24,000 bases of DNA from Geobacter sp. UBA6151 (lineage in GTDB: Bacteria > Desulfobacterota > Desulfuromonadia > Geobacterales > Pseudopelobacteraceae). Within the stretch, counting starts at the first letter, position 1; every line of letters begins with the position of its first letter. The stretch lies in the NCBI GenBank assembly GCA_002423105.1, contig DIUT01000034.1, forward strand, positions 1 to 24,000, given 5' to 3'. The notes under the pieces are model-generated. The model saw only the letters and a program-made list of their open reading frames with translations, was not told the DNA's origin and made no database searches. Shown in pieces: positions 1-6,774 of this stretch. The position numbers were made by a program, and so were the translations under genes.

Positions 1-1085
1 AGCACCGCGGCTGGTTCCACTCCTCGCTGCTGGAGAGCATCGGCACCCGTGGCCGCGCCCCGTATAAAAGTGTGCTGACCCACGGTTTCGTGGTGGACGG
101 CTCCGGCCGCAAGATGAGCAAGTCGGTGGGCAACGTGGTGGCGCCGGAGGATGTGATCAAGAAATACGGCGCCGAGGTGCTGCGCCTCTGGGTTGCTGCC
201 CAGGATTACCGGGACGATATCCGTATCTCCAATGAAATTCTGGACCGGCTGGCCGAGGCCTACCGCCGTATCCGCAACACCAGCCGCTACATCCTGGGCA
301 ACATCCATGACTTTGATCCGGCAAGGGATATGGTTCCGTTTGATCAGATGCCGGAGCTGGACCGCTGGGCCCTGCACCATCTGGAACTGCTCAAGGAAAA
401 AGTTCGTGCCTCCTACGAGGCCTGCGAATTCCACGTCCTCTATCATGCGGTCAACGCCTTCTGCACGGTGGAGATGAGCGCCTTCTATCTGGATATCCTG
501 AAGGATCGGGTTTATACCGGACGCGCAGGCTCGGTCTCCCGCCGTTCCGGCCAGACCGTCATGTACCTGGTGCTGGACAGCCTGGTGCGCCTGATCGCGC
601 CGGTACTCTCCTTCACTGCTGACGAGGTCTGGGCCAACATGCCGGGAGAGCGGGAGGAAAGCGTCCACCTGGCCCTGTTCCCCGCATCCTGCCCGCAGTG
701 GAAGGATGATGGGCTGGTGGAGCGCTTTGAGCGGATCATCAAGGTGCGCGCCGAGGTATCCAAAGCCCTTGAGCAGGCGCGGGTGGCCAAGATGATTGGC
801 CTTTCCCTCGACGCCTCAGTCACGCTGGCTGTGCCGCCGGAGCTGCGCAGCTTCCTTGAAGGGTATGCCGCAGAGCTGCCGGAGATATTCATTGTCTCCA
901 AAGTCACCTTTGCCGATACCCTTGCCGCAGATCGCTACCAGTCCGACGCCTTGCCAGGGGTGGAGATACTGGTTGCAGCGGCGCCGGGAGAAAAATGCGA
1001 GCGCTGCTGGCACTACAGCGAACAGTTGGGCACAGACCCGCAGCATCCGACCATCTGTCCTGCCTGTACCGGGGCGGTGAGCTAA
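1..1085 (+). CDS. ileS: Isoleucyl-tRNA synthetase, C-terminal part (5' end lies outside the window)
   Basis: The frame is open from nt 3 (HRGWFHSSLLES...). The class-I KMSKS signature is at nt 111-125. The C-terminus has a CxxC...CxxC zinc knuckle (CERCWHY...CPAC). lspA follows 2 nt later, as in the conserved ileS-lspA pair. Confidence 0.95.
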   Translation, partial: HRGWFHSSLLESIGTRGRAPYKSVLTHGFVVDGSGRKMSKSVGNVVAPEDVIKKYGAEVLRLWVAAQDYRDDIRISNEILDRLAEAYRRIRNTSRYILGNIHDFDPARDMVPFDQMPELDRWALHHLELLKEKVRASYEACEFHVLYHAVNAFCTVEMSAFYLDILKDRVYTGRAGSVSRRSGQTVMYLVLDSLVRLIAPVLSFTADEVWANMPGEREESVHLALFPASCPQWKDDGLVERFERIIKVRAEVSKALEQARVAKMIGLSLDASVTLAVPPELRSFLEGYAAELPEIFIVSKVTFADTLAADRYQSDALPGVEILVAAAPGEKCERCWHYSEQLGTDPQHPTICPACTGAVS

Positions 1086-1087
1086 CG

Positions 1088-1579
1088 GTGGGGCGCTGGA
1101 AGATTTTTGGTGTAATCGTGGTGCTCGGCTTGGTTGTTGATCAGGCGACCAAGCTGTACATCCATGCCAGCATGGGGTTGTATCAATCCATTCCGGTCAT
1201 CAAGGGTTTTTTCAACATTACCTATCTGCGCAATCGCGGAGCCGCCTTCAGTTTTCTGTCCGAGGCCTCCTGGCGCTTGCCGTTTTTCATTGTGGTGACG
1301 CTGGTGGCCTGTTGTGCGATTCTTGTGGTCCTGAAAAAAATGCGTCATGAGCAGCGGATGGCCCAGGCGGCGCTGGCCATGATCTTTTCCGGAGCAGCGG
1401 GAAACCTGATTGACCGGGTACGGATTGGCGAAGTGATAGATTTTCTCGATGTCTACTGGAAAAGCTACCACTGGCCGGCGTTCAATGTGGCTGATTCCCT
1501 GATCTGCGTCGGTGTGGCGCTGACGGCTCTGGAACTGTTCAGGGAAGAACGGCGGGAGCAACGAAGAACACACGTGTAG
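1088..1579 (+). CDS. lspA: Lipoprotein signal peptidase (signal peptidase II)
   Basis: A GTG at 1088 lies in frame with ORF 995..1579, 2 nt after the ileS stop. The 163-aa product has four hydrophobic segments. It carries LspA-type motifs (ITYLRNRGAAFSF, GAAGNLIDR, FNVADS). Confidence 0.9.
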   Translation: MGRWKIFGVIVVLGLVVDQATKLYIHASMGLYQSIPVIKGFFNITYLRNRGAAFSFLSEASWRLPFFIVVTLVACCAILVVLKKMRHEQRMAQAALAMIFSGAAGNLIDRVRIGEVIDFLDVYWKSYHWPAFNVADSLICVGVALTALELFREERREQRRTHV

Positions 1580-1679
1580 TGCAATGGCTCTGTTGGACGG
1601 CATTCCATTTCTGTGGTATGGTCAAGCGGCGTAATGATGGGGATGGCAAACACTCAGGTCAGGCGGGTGGAGGTGGGTC

Positions 1680-1910
1680 ATGCCGGTAATTGTCGAGGTG
1701 TTCGTAGTGGTTGTGGTCATGCTGGGCGCTTTTTTCGGCGTGTTCCTGCTGGTATTCCTCCTGGCCATGGCCATGCTGCCGGTTGAAAAAACCCTTTCCA
1801 AGGTGGTCTGGGAGATGACGGCGCCGCCTCCACCGAAGCGGAAAGCGCCTGCCCAGGAAGGTGGCTTCAAGGGCTTCAGCCAGAAACAACAGCAAAAACC
1901 AGGCAGATAA
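1680..1910 (+). CDS. Hypothetical small membrane protein (76 aa)
   Basis: An ATG is preceded by GGAGGTG 5 nt upstream. The N-terminus is one very hydrophobic helix (VIVEVFVVVVVMLGAFFGVFLLVFLLAMAML). The tail is basic and Pro/Gln-rich. No family was recognised, and a shadow ORF exists on the opposite strand. Confidence 0.4.
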   Translation: MPVIVEVFVVVVVMLGAFFGVFLLVFLLAMAMLPVEKTLSKVVWEMTAPPPPKRKAPAQEGGFKGFSQKQQQKPGR

Positions 1911-1925
1911 ACAGAGCTTTCCGGG

Positions 1926-2336
1926 CTACAAGTCGCCGGTCAGGCGTTGCAGTTCATACAGCTTGGGGTTCAGTTCGCTGACAACGGCGATGATCTCATG
2001 CAGGGTCGTTTCATCCACACCGCACTCCTCATCAACTCCCTGGAACCAGGGATAACCTTTCGGCAGCGGGGTCAGCGCGCCATTTTTCGACAGCAGCACA
2101 TCAACCATATCATTAACCCTGCCTGTGGCCTCCCAAGAGTCCCGGTAGTTGAACTGCCGGGCGACAATCTGCATACCCATGCCGTTGGGAAACAGGGCCT
2201 TCACTTCAAACGTAAACTCCCGCGGAGCACTGTAGTGCTCGGTGCGTCCGGAACGGGCCATAACCTGAGCTCCGGCAGCCTCCAGAATTTCCCTGATACT
2301 ATCGCCGGTCATCGGTTGTTGTACAGCTGTTTCCAT
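1926..2336 (-). CDS. Hypothetical protein (136 aa, no family recognised)
   Basis: An internal ATG at 2336 is preceded by GGAGAG 5 nt upstream. The longer ORF to 2432 adds an implausible N-terminus. Third-position GC bias is coding-like. Confidence 0.6.
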   Translation of the reverse strand: METAVQQPMTGDSIREILEAAGAQVMARSGRTEHYSAPREFTFEVKALFPNGMGMQIVARQFNYRDSWEATGRVNDMVDVLLSKNGALTPLPKGYPWFQGVDEECGVDETTLHEIIAVVSELNPKLYELQRLTGDL

Positions 2337-3288
2337 GGTGCTCTCCGTGGGGAAAAATAATAGCGGCATACCGTACCCGAAAGTGCCGGATGATCGCAAG
2401 GCGCTTGTTGGGCGTTGCGCAAAGAAAAACACACCGCAAGAAACAGCACTGATACAGCGTCATCTGCGGGAAGGACTTTCGGAGCAGGTCATTGGACAGT
2501 TCCGCCAGATGGTGTACGGCTATTACCGGGAGCATTGCCGGGTGCTTCCCTGGCGCGAGCACGCTACTTCCTGGCAGGTCCTGGTCTCCGAGGTGATGCT
2601 GCAGCAAACCCAGGTGGAACGTGTTATCCCCAAATATCCGGCGTTTCTCGGACAGTTTCCCGATCCGGCTTCCCTTGTTGCGGCACCCTTGCCGGAGCTG
2701 TTGGCTGCCTGGCAGGGGTTGGGGTACAACCGGCGGGCATTGGCACTGCAACGGGCTGCCCGGATGCTGGTTGAGCAGTACGATGGCCAGGTGCCTGACG
2801 ATCCTGAACAGTTACGGCAACTGCCCGGTATCGGTTCCTATACTGCCGGCGCCATTGCCGCCTTTGCCTTCAATCAACCCACCGTATTTCTTGAAACCAA
2901 TATCCGTGCGGTGCTGCTGCATCTGTTCTGTGCGGACCGGCAGCAGGTGGCTGATAAGGAATTGTTGTTGATTGCGGAGCGTACTCTGGACCGGCAGCAG
3001 CCCGGCCAGTGGTATAATGCCCTGATGGATTATGGCAGTGACTTGAAGCGCCGTTTTCCCAATCCCAGCCGCCGCAGCCGCCAGCATAGTGTGCAAAGCC
3101 GTTTTGAGGGATCAGACCGTCAGGTGCGGGGTGCAGTTCTGCGTCTGTTGTTGAAAGAAACAAGTATGCAGGAAACTGTGCTATGCGAACAATTGGCTGT
3201 GGAATCAGGGCGTCTGCAAAGGATTCTTGCGGAATTGGTTCAGGAAGGGTTCATTGTGAGAAAAGGTGGTCGGTGCAGGATTTGCTGA
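2335..3288 (+). CDS. MutY-like HhH-GPD DNA glycosylase lacking the Fe-S cluster loop and the NUDIX-like domain
   Basis: MutY-type motifs are present (LPWRE, SEVMLQQTQVERV, LGYNRRA). The HhH-GPD hairpin LPGIGSYTAGAI is also present. The start is uncertain: ATG 2335 overlaps the divergent gene start at 2336, and ATG 2509 (MVYGYYREHCRVLPW) is an alternative. Confidence 0.8.
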   Translation: MVLSVGKNNSGIPYPKVPDDRKALVGRCAKKNTPQETALIQRHLREGLSEQVIGQFRQMVYGYYREHCRVLPWREHATSWQVLVSEVMLQQTQVERVIPKYPAFLGQFPDPASLVAAPLPELLAAWQGLGYNRRALALQRAARMLVEQYDGQVPDDPEQLRQLPGIGSYTAGAIAAFAFNQPTVFLETNIRAVLLHLFCADRQQVADKELLLIAERTLDRQQPGQWYNALMDYGSDLKRRFPNPSRRSRQHSVQSRFEGSDRQVRGAVLRLLLKETSMQETVLCEQLAVESGRLQRILAELVQEGFIVRKGGRCRIC

Positions 3289-3331
3289 ACCAGCATGCAG
3301 ATGTCTGAAGAGGCGCAGCGCCATCACCGTG

Positions 3332-3622
3332 TCAGGAACAACAGCCCCCTCCCGCAGCCTTCAGATTATGTTCCTGCAACCAGCGGTTGATCATGCCGCT
3401 GGCGCAACCCACACCGACATCCACCGCTATGGCCTGTACCGGGCAGTTGCGCTGACAGGCGCCGCATTCCATGCAGCTGTCCAGGTCTATGATGGCGGCC
3501 TTGCGCTGTTCAACTGAAAACACCTGGTGCGGGCAGACCTCCGCGCACCTGCCGCAACCGATGCAGGCCACCTGATTCAGTGCAAGGGTGGCGACATTCT
3601 GTAGATATCTGAACTCCTTCAT
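3332..3622 (-). CDS. hgcB: Mercury-methylation ferredoxin HgcB (2x[4Fe-4S])
   Basis: The 96-aa product has CIGCGRCAEVCP and CMECGACQRNCP motifs. It also has an extra Cys73 and a C-terminal Cys94-Cys95 pair. An SD (AGAGAGGA) precedes the ATG, which lies 19 nt downstream of the hgcA stop. Confidence 0.9.
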   Translation of the reverse strand: MKEFRYLQNVATLALNQVACIGCGRCAEVCPHQVFSVEQRKAAIIDLDSCMECGACQRNCPVQAIAVDVGVGCASGMINRWLQEHNLKAAGGGCCS

Positions 3623-3641
3623 CGTGTCCTCTCTGCGGGGG

Positions 3642-4850
3642 CTAGGTAAACAGTCCCGTCAACAGTAACAATCCGCTCAGCAACAATGCGACGGCCATCA
3701 CCGGCAAGGCGAGCCGCATCTCTTTCCGCACGCCGCTGGGCGAAGTATAGGTTGTGCAACCGGTGAAGTTCAGGGTATGGAATGCGCTGACCGCCGACGC
3801 CGCCAGAAACAGCGCCAGTGTTTCCGGAGCTCCCCAACTCTTCCCGTCAGCCATCAGCCAGCAGATCAGGCTCCAGCCCAGTCCGGCAATCGCTCCCTTG
3901 AGCGCGAAGCTTTTGCCCGGCAGCCAGGGAAGCAGCAGCGGCCCGGCTACAACGCCGGTCAACATGGCACCGGACCAGGCCAGGGCCAGGGTAAGCCCGG
4001 TCCGGTAGCCGTCCACAAGCAGGCCTGTCGTAAACAATACGGCGGCAATCAGCGTGGTCGATTTCATGGCCATGACCAGCTCCACCGGCACCAGCACCAG
4101 TCGCTCGTACCAGGTAAAGGTCAGGCGGCCCATGGCCGGGGTGGTTACCATGCCGTTATCCAGGTAGTCCGGCAGGTCATTGGCGCGGATCGTGGCGTAG
4201 CGTACGTGAAAGCCGGTACGCTGTTTCACCTCATGGGCAGCCACGCCGGGAGCCCCCAGTATGGGCAGGATCAGGTTCCTGTGGGTGACGGCACGAGCAA
4301 GGCCGCTTGCTTCTATCCGTTCCACAAGTTCCTCAGTGCCGAAGGTGCCTTTGCCGGCAGCGCACCAGACATTGACCCCGAAGGTTTCCAGTACCAGCAG
4401 CCAGACGTTCCGGCCCACCAGTACACTGCGGATGATATCGTAGCTCATTTTGTAGTTGGCGGTTACCACCACCGAAGATTCAGTTGTGGGGCTGCCAACC
4501 GCATACAGCCCCGGCGGTACGATATAGGTCATTCTGCCGATGGCCCAGCGGGCCTTGCAGGCTCCCAGGCGGTCGTGAAAGGTCAGATCCGTCGCAATAC
4601 CGGGTACGCGTCCGGCCGGGGTTTCCAGCCAGCCCAAAAATCCGGGGACCTGCTCGTCAATCTCTCCTCCGCGAACCGTTGTTGCCGGACCGCAGCAGGG
4701 CGCGGTATCAACCGGAGTCGGAGCGACAGCGGCACAGCACGAAGGCGTTTTTTCCCGCGGGGCTGCAGGGGGAGCGCAACAGGATGACGAAGAAGGGGGG
4801 CAGCATGGTTCGATTTTTTTAATGGTGCGAATATTCATGGCAATAATCAT
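3642..4850 (-). CDS. hgcA: Mercury-methylation corrinoid protein HgcA
   Basis: The cap-helix signature NVWCAAGKG is at nt 4347-4373 (Cys163). A CFeSP-like corrinoid-binding domain is followed by about 5 C-terminal transmembrane helices. hgcB lies immediately downstream. Confidence 0.93.
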   Translation of the reverse strand: MIIAMNIRTIKKIEPCCPPSSSSCCAPPAAPREKTPSCCAAVAPTPVDTAPCCGPATTVRGGEIDEQVPGFLGWLETPAGRVPGIATDLTFHDRLGACKARWAIGRMTYIVPPGLYAVGSPTTESSVVVTANYKMSYDIIRSVLVGRNVWLLVLETFGVNVWCAAGKGTFGTEELVERIEASGLARAVTHRNLILPILGAPGVAAHEVKQRTGFHVRYATIRANDLPDYLDNGMVTTPAMGRLTFTWYERLVLVPVELVMAMKSTTLIAAVLFTTGLLVDGYRTGLTLALAWSGAMLTGVVAGPLLLPWLPGKSFALKGAIAGLGWSLICWLMADGKSWGAPETLALFLAASAVSAFHTLNFTGCTTYTSPSGVRKEMRLALPVMAVALLLSGLLLLTGLFT

Positions 4851-4885
4851 ACAACATCTGCTGCAAATGTATGGACTGTTTTTGT

Positions 4886-4922
4886 CAGTGCCCCCTCCCG
4901 TAGCAACCGGGAGAGGGCACTG
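4886..4922. other. 15-bp-stem hairpin or inverted repeat in the hgcA upstream leader
   Basis: CAGTGCCCCCTCCCG / CGGGAGAGGGCACTG has one mismatch and a 7-nt loop (TAGCAAC). It lies 36 nt upstream of the hgcA ATG. Neither strand has a U-tract after the stem. Confidence 0.5.
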
Positions 4923-4932
4923 TACAGGACAT

Positions 4933-5118
4933 TAGGGACTCGAAACTTGCCAATCTACCGTTTTACATCTCATCTTCAGGCCATCTTTGCCACCCCTTCA
5001 ATCACAAAATCCTCTGCGTAGCTTTGGCTACGCCTGCGGTTTTGCTCAATCAGGGATGACAAATCTGACCTAAATCTGAGCGTAAAAACTGGTACATCGG
5101 CAAATTCCAACTCCCTTA
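4933..5118 (+). repeat. MITE-like 186-nt imperfect-palindromic intergenic repeat, copy 1
   Basis: It is about 95% identical by eye to 9787-9972 over the full length. It has roughly 23-nt terminal inverted repeats (TTAGGGACTCGAAACTTGCCAAT at the left end, ATCGGCAAATTCCAACTCCCTTA at the right end). The central hairpin is GCGTAGC-TTTG-GCTACGC. No ORF is present. Confidence 0.85.
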
Positions 5119-5862
5119 GCCCTTGATCTGGCCCTGGATGCCGATGGTTACTTCCTTGTAGGGAATCTCCTTGCCGCAGTTTGCCAAAGCCTGGCGTGCC
5201 GCCATGGCGATGCCGCCGCAGCAGGGTACTTCCATCTTCAGTACGGTGATGCTTTTGATATCGGACTTGGCGAACAGTTCAGTCAGCTTCTGGGTGTAAA
5301 ACTGGTTGTCATCCAGTTTGGGGCAGCCCATAACCACTGCCTTGCCCTCCAGAAAATCCTCGTGATACCCGGCATAGGCAACCGGTACGCAGTCGGCGGT
5401 GATCAGTAGGTCGGCGCCCTGAAAATAAGGTGCGCTGGTGGAAACCAGATGCAGTTGGACCGGCCACTGGGCCAGCCTGCTCTGGCGACTGCCAGTTGCA
5501 GAGCTGGTTGTCGGCGCTTCAGGCTTGGCAAAGGACATCATCCTTGAGCCGGGGCATCCGCTGCCGTGTCCGGCGGGAGCTGCAGGGGCAGGCTGGTGGC
5601 CATGGGCCGGAGCAGGTTTGCCTTGGGCAGCAAGATGTTGTGCCACAGCGGTTTCATCAAAGGCATCGGTATCACGCTCTTCAATGGTGATTGCATTGCG
5701 GGGGCAATCGCCAAGGCACGCTCCAAGTCCGTCACAAAGATTGTCGGCCGCCAGTACCGCCTTGCCGTTCACGATGGTGATGGCGCCTTCGGCACAGGAT
5801 GGTACGCACAGGCCGCAGCCGTCACACTTGTCAGGGTCAATTTGTACAATTTTTCTCAGCAT
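5116..5862 (-). CDS. 4Fe-4S ferredoxin-domain protein with an uncharacterised Cys-rich C-terminal domain
   Basis: An SD (AAGGAGA) precedes the ATG. The N-terminus has CDGCGLCVPSC and a second, degenerate motif CDGLGACLGDCP. A His/Pro/Ala-rich linker follows. The C-terminal domain carries CPKLDD and MEVPCCGG. Confidence 0.8.
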   Translation of the reverse strand: MLRKIVQIDPDKCDGCGLCVPSCAEGAITIVNGKAVLAADNLCDGLGACLGDCPRNAITIEERDTDAFDETAVAQHLAAQGKPAPAHGHQPAPAAPAGHGSGCPGSRMMSFAKPEAPTTSSATGSRQSRLAQWPVQLHLVSTSAPYFQGADLLITADCVPVAYAGYHEDFLEGKAVVMGCPKLDDNQFYTQKLTELFAKSDIKSITVLKMEVPCCGGIAMAARQALANCGKEIPYKEVTIGIQGQIKG

Positions 5863-5912
5863 GTTTTTTCTCCTTGATACACGTTGTTCGTGTTGTCAGA
5901 TTGTATTCTGTT

Positions 5913-6254
5913 TCAAAAAAAGTAGTGCCACAGGTAGTCCAGCCGTCCTCTCAGTATCATCCTCCTGCCGGACCAGGCCATGATGCGTTTGACAAGCTCC
6001 CGTTCGGCGGGGGCGTAGCAATGAATCCGGCAGTGTTTGCAGCTCGGCTTTTCCGCTTCAATGGGGCAATGAACCCGTCTGTCCACCGCGTATTTCATGA
6101 ATGTGCTGCAATTGGGGCAAAGCTCGACCGGTTTCAGATTGCCGGGCAGTTGCAACGGTTGCTGACCCGTATGGTCATGGCCGACGCACCAGACCTGGGT
6201 GAATCTGGCGATGATCCGTAAATCTTTGATCTGGCGGCTTGTCAGCGTTTTCAT
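5913..6254 (-). CDS. YgbA-like 'nitrous oxide-stimulated promoter' family protein
   Basis: The Cys pattern is C..C..(A..R)..CP....KPSCKHCRIHCYAP..R......M.WSGRRM, typical of the YgbA_NO family. ATG 6254 is preferred over the upstream TTG 6302 of the ORF track. Confidence 0.75.
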   Translation of the reverse strand: MKTLTSRQIKDLRIIARFTQVWCVGHDHTGQQPLQLPGNLKPVELCPNCSTFMKYAVDRRVHCPIEAEKPSCKHCRIHCYAPAERELVKRIMAWSGRRMILRGRLDYLWHYFF

Positions 6255-6438
6255 GATTTCATCTTGCCCGTTATCGTTGTCGAAAGGTATGACGTCAGTC
6301 AAAAAATAGCAGAGATTCCGGCTTTGCTTGACTAAAAAAGTAGCGTATAACCCGATTTAGCATGAACAGTCGAATCATTTTCCCGCGAATATACTCCGGC
6401 AGTTTGGAAAGCACTATCTGCCGGACAGGAGGACGCTG

Positions 6439-6774
6439 ATGGCCCTGGTTGCCGTTGATAGTCTGGAGACCGGCATGGTGCTGGCTGGCGATGTGCTGGA
6501 CCGCAATGGCCGGATGTTGCTGGGGGCAGGGGTGGAGCTTACCCAGAAACATCTGGCCATTTTTCGCACCTGGGGCGTTACAGAAGTGAATATTGTTGGG
6601 GGTGACAGTGATGACGACAATGAGTCGCTGCCCTCCGAGGTTGATCCTGAAGTGCTGGCTGCCGCCCAGGAACGGTTGTTGCCCCTTTTTGTCCTTGCCG
6701 GGACGGATCATCCGGTGATGCATGAGCTGTTGCGTTTGGCTGCCATAAAGAAGGTGCTGCATGGCATTTGCTGA
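6439..6774 (+). CDS. Hypothetical small protein resembling the N-terminal domain found on HD-GYP proteins
   Basis: A strong SD (AGGAGG) lies 6 nt upstream. The sequence VDSLETGMVLAGDVLDRNGRMLLGAGVELT resembles a DUF3391-type domain. The gene overlaps the next gene by 14 nt. Confidence 0.6.
   Translation: MALVAVDSLETGMVLAGDVLDRNGRMLLGAGVELTQKHLAIFRTWGVTEVNIVGGDSDDDNESLPSEVDPEVLAAAQERLLPLFVLAGTDHPVMHELLRLAAIKKVLHGIC

Noticed and set aside
3777-4787. 336-aa ORF on the plus strand
   Set aside because: It lies antisense to hgcA. The product is Arg/Gly/Gln-rich low-complexity sequence with no motifs.
4886-4922. Hairpin as an intrinsic terminator between the Fe-S gene and hgcA
   Set aside because: No U-tract follows the stem on either strand. 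The T-run lies on the wrong side for minus-strand transcription. It is kept only as a possible operator or leader structure.
4851-4932. Cobalamin riboswitch upstream of the corrinoid protein gene hgcA
   Set aside because: I could not find a B12-box-like sequence or the expected multi-stem architecture on the minus strand. Only a formal cmscan could exclude it fully.
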